Source of the DNA: Macrostomum lignano
Lineage: Eukaryota
Direction: 5' to 3'
NCBI GenBank assembly: GCA_002269645.1
Contig: NIVC01000029.1
Coordinates: forward strand, 744,001-808,000
Length of the DNA stretch: 64,000 bases
The notes beneath the pieces are model-generated. The model was not told the DNA's origin. It saw nothing but the letters and a program-made list of their open reading frames with translations, and ran no database searches. Below are positions 49,301 to 61,789 of the stretch, piece by piece; position 1 is the stretch's first letter, and each line of letters opens with the position of its first letter. A program made the position numbers and the translations under genes.

Positions 49301-49660
49301 AACAGGAGAACAGGAGAGTCACTAGAATTTAAATGAGTGAATATTGCAGCAAGCGCCCATCAAATTCTTGCGACAGGGAATAAAAAAGGCTAAGTCGAAC
49401 CCAAATCGCTGAATTCTTTGCCCAACAGAGCAGCCAATGAAATCAGAGATGGGATTGGGATCGGCCATCCTCCAATCCTCAGTTGAGCTTCTGCAGTTTC
49501 TCCTAAGCAGACCTCAGCCAACCCCCTATACAATGGTCGTCAGATCGACAAAACTTCAATCCTCCAATTTTATCCCTGCAATACAACCTGCTGAAGAAAC
49601 CGGTACCTACTAGGATAATGCCACAGTTAAATTTCCTACGTTAGAAAGAACCAGCAAATC

Positions 49661-52600
49661 ATGCATCCGCTATCGTGTTTGGTGTTTTCGCTCACCGTCG
49701 CCTCGGTAGCGTCGGTGGAAGCGTCAACTGAAAGATGTACCGAGGGTAGGCTGTGCGCGATCGAGTACCCGGAGAAAGAGTACCGAGTGCTGCAAGGCTC
49801 CACTGTGCTCATCCCGTGCCGAGTGGCTGCTCCGGATGCCAGCGGGCTGCTCAACGTTTTCTGGAGAGTCAAAGGGTTCTTTCTGGACAGTGAGTTTGAT
49901 CAGAAAGATTTTTGATCTGCTAATGTATAATCCCAGATCCTTGATCCCAGATCCTTGATCCCAGATCCTTGATCCCAGATCCTTGATCCCAGATCCTTGA
50001 TCCCAGATCCTTGATCCCAGATCCTTGATCCCAGATCCTTGATCCCAGATCCTTGATCCCAGATCCTTGATCCCAGATCCTTGATCCCAGATCCTTGATC
50101 CCAGATCCTTGATCCCAGATCCTTGATCCCAGATCCTTGATCCCAGATCCTTGATCCCAGATCCTTGATCCCAGATCCTTGATCCCAGATTCTAGATCCT
50201 AGATCCCAGATTCTCAATCCCAGATCCTAGATTCCAGATACTAGATCCTAGATTCTAGATACCAGATGTTAGATCCTAGATCCTAGATCCCAGATCCTAG
50301 ATCTCAGATCCTAGATCCCAGATCCTAGATCCCAGATCCTAGATCCCAGATCCTAGATCCCAGATCCCAGATCCTATATCCCAGATCCTAGATTCTAGAT
50401 CCCAGATTCTTGATTCTGTGTCGCAGATCCTAGATCACAGATCCCAGATCCTAAATTCTAGATCCCAGATCCTAGATTCTGGATCCCACATACCAGATCC
50501 CAGATACCAGATCCTAGATCCCAGATCCAGATCCTAGATTCCTGATTCTCCTAGATCCCAGATCATTCTTGGATCTTGTGTAATCTACCTACTAACTGTT
50601 AATCCGTATAGATAGCATTTCCAGTCCCCGAGCCCAGATCCAAATTCCTTGTCCCAGCTATTCGTTAGCTCTCGTTAATGAGTTTCATTCATTCCCTCAA
50701 CACTGAGATGTGTCTCAAACAAACTCGCCTAGGTGAAAAAGCAAATTTTGACCAATAAGTTGTATCCATATTCACCCTTAGGCAGTGGAGGGTTTTATAA
50801 CGACACAAGTTAGAGTTTTAGGAAGCAAAGTTGCAGAAATTTTGAGCCGAAAAAAGCTGAGATAAGATGTATAACCTGCTAATTAGATGATGCAATTACA
50901 TGAGTTCGTGAGGTGTGTGCTGCTGTTCTTGCTTGCTAATACAATAGATGGATGATTTGCCTTTTGTGCCCTGACTGCTGCTGTTATATCTGCTATTTTC
51001 TTTAGGGGACAATTTTGCCGTTGGGCTATTGTTTAGCAGATTTTGTGCTTTGTGCCATGGGAGAGAAAGGGCTTGTCAACTTGAGCTCATAAAGTGGAGG
51101 CCCGAGTAACCTATCAATACAAATGATATTTCATTCTGTTCACAATGACACTAGGAAGCTGGGTTTGGCAAAAAAAAAGTGACAAAAATTGGACTTTGGA
51201 TGGATGAGAAAAAGCAAAAGGGTAATTATAGTCTCTACTTTATGAGCTCAAGTTAACATAATAGTACCTAATATATCCCCTTGCTTGTTCTCCCAACTCT
51301 AATTTTTGTCCCTTTCTTGCCAAACCCTGCTTTCTGGTGTCATTGTGAGCAGAATGACGTATCATTTGTGTGCATAGGTTACTCGGGCTGCACTTTGTGA
51401 GCTCAAGTTGACAGGCCCTTTATAATTTTGAGCCTTTTAAATTTATGAGCTTGTGAAGTTTTCAACTTGCAAAGTTCTAATCTTGTGATGTTGTAAGCTT
51501 GTGATGTAAGCTTGTGATGTTGTAAGCTTGTGATGTTGTAAGCTTGTGATGTTTTAAGCTTGCGATGTTGTAAGCTTGTGATGTTGTAAGCTTGTGATGT
51601 TGTAAGCTTGTGATGCTGTAAGCTTGTGGTGTTGTAAGCTTGTGATGTTGTAAGCTTGTGATGTTGTAAACTTGTGATGTTGTAAGCTTGTGATGTTGTA
51701 AACTTGTGATGTTGTAAGCTTGTGATGTTGTAAGCTTGTGATGTTTTAAAAGCTTGTGACATTTTAAGCTTGTGACATTTTAAGCCTGTGATATTTTAAG
51801 CTTGTGATGTTGTAAACTTGTGACATTTTAAGCTTGTGATGTAAGCTTGTGATGTTGTAAGCTTGTGATGTATGCTTGTGATGTTGTAAGCTTGTGATGC
51901 TGTAAGCTTGCGGTGTTGTAAGCTTGTGATGTTGTAAGCTTGTGATGTTGTAAACTTGTGATGTTGTAAGCTTGTGATCTTGTAAACTTGTGATGTTGTA
52001 TGCTTGTGATGTTGTAAGCTTGTGATGTTGTAAGCTTGTGACATTTTAAGCTTGTGACATTTTAAGCCTGTGATATTTTAAGCTTGTGATGTTGTAAACT
52101 TGTGACATTTTAAGCTTGTGATGTAAGCTTGTGATGTTGTAAGCTTGTGATGTTGTAAGCTTGTGATGTTGTAAGCTTGTGACATTTTAAGCTTGTGACA
52201 TTTTAAGCTTGTGATGTAAGCTTGTGATGTTGTAAGCTTGTGACATTTTAAGCTTGTGACATTTTAAGCTTGTGATGTTGTAAGCTTATGACATTTTAAG
52301 CTTGTGACATTTTAAGCTTGTGATGTTGTAAGCTTATGACATTTTAAGTTTGTGATGTTGTAAGTTTGTGATGTTGTAAGCTTGTGATGTTGTAAACTTG
52401 TGATTTTGTAAGCTTGTGACATTTTAAACTTGTGACATTTTAAGCTTGTGATGTTGTAAGCTTATGACATTTTAAGCTTGTGACATTTTAAGCTTGTGAT
52501 GTTGTAAGCTTATGACATTTTAAGTTTGTAATGTTGTAAGTTTGTGATGTTGTAAGCTTGTGATGTTGTAAACTTGTGATGTTGTAAGCTTGTGATGTTA

Positions 52601-55600
52601 TAAGCTTGTGATGCTGTAAGCTTGTGCTGTTGTGATCTTGTGCTGTTGTAAGCTTGTGCTGTTGTGAGCTTGTGCTGTTGTAAATTTGTATAAAGTTTCG
52701 AGCTTCTGAAAGCGAGTCCAATATCTAAGACTCAGTTTAATAACTGGCACAGGTACCGTGGCAACACTGCTCATATTTTAATCTAAGGTCGGTCTCCATA
52801 GCTAGGATGGCATCCCATTGTACGAATATATATGTATACTCGTATATTCTTTCTAAGGCTCGGTATTCCGCCCCCTTCAATCTCATATATTGATTCCTTT
52901 CCCGCTCTCCATGCTCGCCCATCTGAGAAGCCGCCGTCTCACACCATGCGTAAAAATTGCCAAACTCAATATATTCATATAAAGGCCAGCAAGAATGGGG
53001 GTGTTTAATTAATTTCTTCCCTTATTATGGCCGCTCCGCTTGACCTGTATAAAGGCCCCAGTCTCATCAGCTCAAGAAGTCCCAATTGTTGAAATGGCTC
53101 GAATTCTAGATTAATATAAACTCTTGCTAATTTGTTTCTTCGCTTTCATTCTGTTTTTTTATTGTCTATGCAGTGAATTGTGGCAGAAAAAGAAAGTTGA
53201 AAACTTTCAAAAGCTAAAGATCCCAAATCCCAGAGTGGATCCCCCTTGATCCCAGATCCCCCTTGATCCCAGATCCCCCTTGATCCCAGATCCTCCTATA
53301 TCCCGGATCTTCCTAGATCCCGTATCTTCCTAGATCCCAGATCCTCCCAGATCTTAGATCCTTCTAGACCCCGGATCCTTCTAGATGCCAGATCCTCCTG
53401 GATACCAGATCCTACTTATCCCAGATCCTTTTAGATCCCGAATCCTCCTAGATCCTTATCCTCCTAAATTCCGGATCCTCCTAGATCCCGGATCCTCCTA
53501 GATTCCGGATCCTCCTAGATCCAAGATCCTCCTAGACCTCGGATCCTCCTGGATCCCAAATTCTCTTAGATCCCGGATCCTCCTAGATCCCAGATCCTCC
53601 TAGATCCCAGATCCTTCTAGATCCCGGATCCTCCTGGATGCAATATCCTCTTAGATCCCGAATCCTCCTAAATCCCAGATCCTCCTCCAATTAATTTTGG
53701 CAGAAAAAAACATTGAAAACTTTTTGATCAGTTGAAGACTGGCAGACTGGGTTTGAATTTTTTTGATACACTGGCTTCCAACTTCTCTATTGCTACAATT
53801 TTCAATCAACAATCAGATTAGCCATTTTGTAACTGGCAATGAAACATTGATACATTACTAAATTACAAGTTGAAGTTGCGAAATCAGTTCTGTGTGGCAA
53901 TTTTTAGTCATGGGGAAAATTTTTGTCTTTAAAAAGGTGTGAAATGGATTAAATTATCTATCAGAACAGAATTTCGATTATGAATTTATTAGTGACATTG
54001 ATCATAAATTGTGTTTTGACTTTGATCATAAATTGTGTTAGGACTTTGATCATAAATTGTGTTATGACTTTGATCATAAAATGGGGTTATGACTTTGATC
54101 ATAAACTGTGTTATGACTTTGATCATAAACTGGGTTATGACTTTGATCATAAACTGGGTTCTGATTTTAATCATAAACTGGGTTATGACTTTAATCATAA
54201 ACTGGGTTATGACTTTGATCATAATTTGGGTTATGACTTTGATCATAAACTGATTTATGACTTTGATCATTAACTGGGTTATGACTTTGATCATAATTTG
54301 GGTTATGACTTTGATCATAAACTGATTTATGACTTTGATCATAAACTGGGTTATGACTTTGATCATAATTTGGGTTATGACTTTGATCATAAACTGGGTT
54401 ATGACTTTAATCATAAACTGGGTTATGACTTTGATCATAATTTGGGTTATGAGTTTGATCATAAACTGGGTTATGACTTTAATCATAAACTGGGTTATGA
54501 CTTTGATCATAAACTGGGTTATGACTTTGATCATCATTTGGGTTATGACTTTGATCATAGACTGAATCATTTCTCTGATCATAGACTGAATCATTTCTTT
54601 GATCATAAACTGAATGATGACCTTGATCATAACATGAATTTGACAATAAAATTATAAAGACACCGCAGTCATCAATCATATGACTCGTTCAAAGGTTATT
54701 TGGATGTCGCAACTGGCAGTCTTCAATACAAATATCAAACTCAAGATGCCAAAATGAGTACGGCAGTCATAAATTGGGGAGTTTTTATGCGGACAAGTCT
54801 GACTAGAAAAAGTTGGCTCAGCTGAAGAAGTAAATTTCTTTCATTTTTTGAAGAATTCTTTGCACCCAGAAGTTTTCCGGCAGAAGCCGCTCAGTCCCCC
54901 AGGACGCGGAGGCCGCATTTCTCAGACTGGTTTTGCCTTTTGCGCATGAAAATTTCTTAACTTTAACTCCATGTTGCCAGTAACTTTTTGCTGTGTTTGG
55001 CCCGATGATTGCGGTGCAAAATTGCCAGCCAAATTGCGTTCGAGCTGGGCTGCGGCTGACCCAGTTTAGGGGGTCCTCTGGGCGCTCACCGCCATCTCTG
55101 CCTTGCCCTATTTGCTCTTCACTTCTTCAATTAGTCTGCACCCGAGCATACCTCTCCCTCTCTTCTTTCTTTATACTTCTCCCTTTTCTACTTTTCTAAA
55201 TCTCTCTCTTCTTCTCTACATCTCTCTTCTTCTCTACATCTCTCCACTTCTCTAAATCTCTCTCTACTTCTCTAAATCTCTCTCTACTTCTCTAAATCTC
55301 TCTCTACTTCTCTAAATCTCTCTCTACTTCTCTAAATCTCTCTCTACTTCTCTAAATCTCTCTCTACTTCTCTAAATCTCTCTCTACTTCTCTACTTTTA
55401 TCTACTTATCTACATCTCTCTCTACTTCTCTAAATCTCTCTCTACTTCTCAATCTCTCTCTACTTCTCTAAATCTCTCTCTACTTCTCTAAATCTCTCTC
55501 TACTTCTCTAAATCTCTCTCTACTTCTCTAAATCTCTCTCTACTTCTCTAAATCTCTCTCTACTTCTCTAAATCTCTCTCTTCTTCTCTACATCTCTCCA

Positions 55601-58600
55601 CTTCTCTAAATCTCTCTCTACTTCTCTAAATCTGTCTCTACTTCTCTAAATCTCTCTCTACTTCTCTAAATCTCTCTCTACTTCTCTAAATCTCTCTCTA
55701 CTTCTCTAAATCTCTCTCTACTTCTCTAAATCTCTCTCTACTTCTCTACTTTTATCTACTTATCTACATCTCTCTCTACTTCTCTAAATCTCTCTCTACT
55801 TCTCTAAATCTCTCTCTACTTCTCTAAATCTCTCTCTACTTCTCTAAATCTCTCTCTACTTCTCTAAATCTCTCTCTTTACTTCTCTAAATCTCTCTATA
55901 CTTCTCTAAATCTCTCTCTTTACTTCTCTAAATCTCTCTCTACTTCTCTAAATCTCTCTCTACTTATCTAAATCTCCCTCTACTCTAAATCTCTCTCTAC
56001 TTCTCTAAATCTCTCTCTACTTCTCTAAATCTCTCTCTAATTATCTATCTCGCTCTCTTCTCTCTCGCTCTACCTCTTTCCTTCTCCTTTCTAGTCCCCC
56101 CCAGAAGCAACAGAAAGCCTCTTGCAGCCATCCCTAACAGAAAATCAGCTCAACAGAAGGGCAGATACTGAGGGAGCTCATGCTGGCGCAGACCACCCAC
56201 TAGAGAGAGAGAAGAGGTAGCGAAAGTATTCAGCAGTCACCATCCCCTCAGTTCTCACTCACTCACTTAACAAAATATGGTCTCATTGATTTTTCTTTCG
56301 TAAAAAGTATAGTTAACCAGCCTGCCTGCCTGTATAGGCCTCTCCTCAACACCTGAGCACAGAGCTTCATCTTTTTCTTCAAGTTTTCCATCGTGGTGGT
56401 CATGCAAAACGTTTACAAGTAGCCTTGCCGGCCAAAATGAGTTCACATGCCTTTACAGCTTCTCAAATACTGCATCAACTTGGAAATCACTTTATGATTG
56501 CAGCTACATATGTTGGCTGATCTAACTACCCTCTCAGCTACTTGTGATGGTAGACCTATCTACCCTCTCAGCTACTTGTGATGGTAGATCTATCTACCTC
56601 TCAGCTACTTGTGATGGTAGATCTATCTACCTCTCAGCTACTTGTGACGGTAGATCTATCTACCCTCTTAGTTACTTGTGATGGTAAATCTGTCTACCCT
56701 CTCAGCTACTTGTGATGGTAGATCTATCTACCCTCTTAGTTACTTGTGATGGTAAATCTGTCTACCCTCTCAGCTACTTGTGATGGTAGACCTATCTACC
56801 CTCTCAGCTACTTGTGATGGTAGATCTATCTACCTCTCAGCTACTTGTGATGGTAGATCTATCTACCTCTCAGCTACTTGTGACGGTAGATCTATCTACC
56901 CTCTTAGCTACTTGTGACGGTAGATCTATCTGCATCTACCCTCTCAGCTACTTGTGACGGTAGATCTATCTGCATCTACCCTCTCAGCTACTTGTGATGG
57001 TAGATCTATCTACCTCTCAGCTACTTGTGATGGTAGATCTATCTACCTCTCAGCTACTTGTGATGGTAGATCTATCTACCCTCTTAGCTACTTGTGATGG
57101 TAGATCTATCTACCTCTCAGCTACTTGTGACGGTAGATCTATCTACCCTCTTAGCTACTTGTGACGGTAGATCTATCTGCATCTACCCTCTCAGCTACTT
57201 GTGACGGTAGATCTATCTGCATCTACCCTCTCAGCTACTTGTGATGGTAGATCTATCTACCTCTCAGCTACTTGTGATGGTAGATCTATCTACCCTCTTA
57301 GCTACTTGTGATGGTAGATCTATCTACCTCTCAGCTACTTGTGATGGTAGATCTATCTACCTCTCAGCTACTTGTGATGGTAGATCTATCTACCCTCTTA
57401 GCTACTCGTGATGGTAGATCTATCTACCCTCTTAGCTACTTGTGATGGTAGATCTATCTACCTCTCAGCTACTTGTGATGGTAGATCTATCTACCCTCTC
57501 AGCTACTTGTGATGGTAGACCTATCTACCCTCTCAGCTACTTGTGATGGTAGATCTATCTACCTCTCAGCTACTTGTGATGGTAGATCTATCTACCCTCT
57601 CAGCTACTTGTGATGGTAGATCTATCTACCCTCTTAGCTACTCGTGATGGTAGATCTATCTACCCTCTCAGCTACTTGTGATGGTAGATCTATCTACCTC
57701 TCAGCTACTTGTGATGGTAGATCTATCTACCCTCTCAGCTACTTGTGATGGTAGATCTATCTACCCTCTTAGCTACTTGTGATGGTAGATCTATCTACCT
57801 CTCAGCTACTTGTGATGGTAGATCTATCTACCCTCTCAGCTACTTGTGATGGTAGATCTATCTACCCTCTTAGCTACTTGTGATGGTAGATCTATCTACC
57901 CTCTCAGCTACTTGTGATGGTAGATCTATCTACCCTCTTAGCTACTTGTGATGGTAGATCTATCTACCTCTCAGCTACTTGTGATGGTAGATCTATCTAC
58001 CCTCTCAGCTACTTGTGATGGTAGATCTATCTACCCTCTTAGCTACTTGTGATGGTAGATCTATCTACCTCTCAGCTACTTGTGATGGTAGATCTATCTA
58101 ACCTCTCGCTACTTGTGATGGTAGATCTATCTACCCTATTAGCTACTTGTGACGGTAGATCTATCTACCCTCTCAGCTACTTGTGGTGGTGGATCTATCT
58201 ACCCTCTCAGCTACTTGTGGTGGTGGATCTATCTACCCTCTCAGCTACTTGTGGTGGTGGATCTATCTACCTCTCAGCTACTTGTGACGGTAGATCTATC
58301 TACCCTCTCAGCTACTTGTGGTGGTGGATCTATCTACCCTCTCAGCTACTTGTGGTGGTGGATCTATCTACCTCTCAGCTACTTGTGGTGGTAGATCTAT
58401 CTACCCTCTCAGCTACTTGTGATGGTAGATCTATCTACCTCTCAGCTACTTGTGATGGTAGATCTATCTACCCTCTTAGCTACTTGTGGTGGTAGATCTA
58501 TCTACCCTCTTAGCTACTTGTGATGGTAGATCTATCTACCTCTCAGCTACTTGTGATGGTAGATCTATCTACCCTCTCAGCTACTTGTGGTGGTAGATCT

Positions 58601-61600
58601 ATCTACCCTCTCAGCTACTTGTGATGGTAGATCTATCTACCTCTCAGCTACTTGTGATGGTAGATCTATCTACCCTCTTAGCTACTTGTGGTGGTAGATC
58701 TATCTACCCTCTTAGCTACTTGTGGTGGTGGATCTATCTACCCTCTCAGCTACTTGTGACGGTAGATCTATCTACCCTCTCAGCTACTTGTGACGGTAGA
58801 TCTATCTACCCTCTCAGCTACTTGTGGTGGTGGATCTATCTACCCTCTTAGCTACTTGTGGTGGTAGATCTATCTACCCTCTTAGCTACTTGTGGTGGTA
58901 GATCTATCTACCCTCTTAGCTACTTGTGGTGGTGGATCTATCTACCCTCTCAGCTACTTGTGACGGTAGATCTATCTACCCTCTCAGCTACTTGTGGTGG
59001 TGGATCTATCTACCCTCTCAGCTACTTGTGACGGTAGATCTATCTACCCTCTCAGCTACTTGTGACGGTAGATCTATCTACCCTCTCAGCTACTTGTGAC
59101 GGTAGATCTATCTACCCTCTCAGCTACTTGTGGTGGTGGATCTATCTACCCTCTCAGCTACTTGTGGTGGTGGATCTATCTACCCTCTCAGCTACTTGTG
59201 ACGGTAGATCTATCTACCCTCTCAGCTACTTGTGGTGGTGGATCTATCTACCCTCTTAGCTACTTGTGGTGGTAGATCTATCTACCCTCTTAGCTACTTG
59301 TGGTGGTAGATCTATCTACCCTCTTAGCTACTTGTGGTGGTGGATCTATCTACCCTCTCAGCTACTTGTGACGGTAGATCTATCTACCCTCTCAGCTACT
59401 TGTGGGTGATCTATCTACCCTCTCAGCTACTTGTGACGGTAGATCTATCTACCCTCTTAGCTACTTGTGACGGTAGATCTATCTACCCTCTCAGCTACTT
59501 GTGACGGTAGATCTATCTACCCTCTCAGCTACTTGTGGTGGTGGATCTATCTACCCTCTCAGCTACTTGTGATGGTAGATCTATCTACCTCTCAGCTACT
59601 TGTGATGGTAGATCTATCTACCCTCTTAGCTACTTGTGGTGGTAGATCTATCTACCCTCTTAGCTACTTGTGGTGGTGGATCTATCTACCCTCTCAGCTA
59701 CTTGTGACGGTAGATCTATCTACCCTCTCAGCTACTTGTGACGGTAGATCTATCTACCCTCTCAGCTACTTGTGGTGGTGGATCTATCTACCCTCTTAGC
59801 TACTTGTGGTGGTAGATCTATCTACCCTCTTAGCTACTTGTGGTGGTAGATCTATCTACCCTCTTAGCTACTTGTGGTGGTGATCTATCTACCCTCTCAG
59901 CTACTTGTGACGGTAGATCTATCTACCCTCTCAGCTACTTGTGGTGGTGGATCTATCTACCCTCTCAGCTACTTGTGACGGTAGATCTATCTACCCTCTC
60001 AGCTACTTGTGACGGTAGATCTATCTACCCTCTCAGCTACTTGTGACGGTAGATCTATCTACCCTCTCAGCTACTTGTGGTGGTGGATCTATCTACCCTC
60101 TCAGCTACTTGTGGTGGTGATCTATCTACCTCTCAGCTACTTGTGACGGTAGATCTATCTACCCTCTCAGCTACTTGTGACGGTAGATCTATCTACCCTC
60201 TCAGCTACTTGTGACGGTAGATCTATCTACCCTCTCAGCTACTTGTGGTGGTGGATCTATCTACCCTCTCAGCTACTTGTGGTGGTGGATCTATCTACCC
60301 TCTCAGCTACTTGTGACGGTAGATCTATCTACCCTCTCAGCTACTTGTGGTGGTGGATCTATCTACCCTCTCAGCTACTTGTGGTGGTAGATCTATCTAC
60401 CCTCTTAGCTACTTGTGGTGGTAGATCTATCTACCCTCTCAGCTACTTGTGGTGGTGGATCTATCTACCCTCTCAGCTACTTGTGACGGTAGATCTATCT
60501 ACCCTCTCAGCTACTTGTGGTGGTGGATCTATCTACCCTCTCAGCTACTTGTGGTGGTGGATCTATCTACCCTCTCAGCTACTTGTGACGGTAGATCTAT
60601 CTACCCTCTCAGCTACTTGTGGTGGTGGATCTATCTACCCTCTTAGCTACTTGTGGTGGTAGATCTATCTACCCTCTTAGCTACTTGTGGTGGTAGATCT
60701 ATCTACCCTCTTAGCTACTTGTGGTGGTAGATCTATCTACCCTCTCAGCTACTTGTGACGGTAGATCTATCTACCCTCTCAGCTACTTGTGGTGGTGGAT
60801 CTATCTACCCTCTCAGCTACTTGTGACGGTAGATCTATCTACCCTCTCAGCTACTTGTGACGGTAGATCTATCTACCCTCTCAGCTACTTGTGACGGTAG
60901 ATCTATCTACCCTCTCAGCTACTTGTGGTGGTGGATCTATCTACCCTCTCAGCTACTTGTGGTGGTGGATCTATCTACCCTCTCAGCTACTTGTGACGGT
61001 AGATCTATCTACCCTCTCAGCTACTTGTGACGGTAGATCTATCTACCCTCTCAGCTACTTGTGACGGTAGATCTATCTACCCTCTCAGCTACTTGTGGTG
61101 GTGGATCTATCTACCCTCTCAGCTACTTGTGGTGGTGGATCTATCTACCCTCTCAGCTACTTGTGACGGTAGATCTATCTACCCTCTCAGCTACTTGTGG
61201 TGGTGGATCTATCTACCCTCTCAGCTACTTGTGGTGGTGGATCTATCTACCCTCTCAGCTACTTGTGACTGGTAGATCTATCTACCCTCTCAGCTACTTG
61301 TGATGGTAGATCTATCTACCCTCTCAGCTACTTGTGGTGGTAGATCTATCTACCTCTCAGCTACTTGTGGTGGTGGATCTATTTGACCCATAAGGTTAAT
61401 GATAGAACGTCTATCTCATGTCCCTAAACTGTTAATCCCTATTAATCCCTTGCACTTTCAACCGTACAACTGAAAGAAATAATTTTAATTGACGTTTTCT
61501 AATCTACCATTTTTTTCTGCAGACCAAAAAATATCTTAATTTTTTCTACTTTATTCCCAATTCTAACAGAGGACTCCTCCCTGGACCGGGTGAACATCAC

Positions 61601-61749
61601 CGGAGAAGCTAAAGGCGATTACATGCTGCGGATTAGCAATGTGACTTTTGAAGATTCTGGCGAACTGGAGTGCCAGATTCTCGGTTCCAGGACGCCGGGA
61701 GCTCGAGGCTCTGCCGTGGTGCAGTACAAAACTGTGCTCACTGTGCTGA
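49661..61749 (+). CDS. Ig-superfamily cell-surface protein, nephrin/Kirre-like; first two coding exons only, gene continues beyond the window
   Basis: Exon 49661-49889 (hydrophobic signal peptide, VLIPCRV...VFWRVKGFFL) joins in phase 1 to exon 61570-61749 (RVNITGEAKGDYMLRISNVTFEDSGELECQI...VLTVL), completing one V-type Ig domain (C...W...DxGxxxC). A phase-1 donor follows. The GDYxLxI pattern resembles Kirre/nephrin Ig1. Confidence 0.6.
49930..50570. repeat. 14-bp (cccagatccttgat)n grading into AGATCC satellite
   Basis: Near-perfect array just after the Ig exon-1 donor. Confidence 0.92.
51069..51418. mobile_element. Foldback MITE with ~150-bp inverted arms
   Basis: Left gggcttgtcaacttgagctcataaagtg... 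matches the reverse complement of right ...cactttgtgagctcaagttgacaggccc over ~150 bp; no clear TSD. Confidence 0.7.
51480..52680. repeat. 16-bp minisatellite (aagcttgtgatgttgt)
   Basis: Tandem array in the Ig-gene intron. Confidence 0.92.
53218..53688. repeat. 17-bp AGATCC-family repeat (gatcctcctagatccca)
   Basis: Same unit as 47590-47900. Confidence 0.8.
53990..54630. repeat. 24-bp minisatellite (tgactttgatcataaactgggtta)
   Basis: Tandem array in the Ig-gene intron. Confidence 0.9.
55195..56060. repeat. 20-bp pyrimidine-rich minisatellite (ttctctaaatctctctctac)
   Basis: Tandem array in the Ig-gene intron. Confidence 0.9.
56520..61380. repeat. 34/33-bp satellite (tagatctatctaccctctcagctacttgtgatgg), ~4.9 kb
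   Basis: Longest array in the window, in the Ig-gene intron. Confidence 0.95.
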
Positions 61750-61789
61750 GTGAGTTGCTCCGCTTTGCTGCTGGCGCCTATTACAGTCA

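Noticed and set aside
12895-61380. Many repeat units contain 6-bp palindromes (ACTAGT, GAATTC, AGATCT, AAGCTT, TGATCA, GGCGCC)
   Set aside because: About a third of random 25-30-bp units would contain one, close to what is seen.
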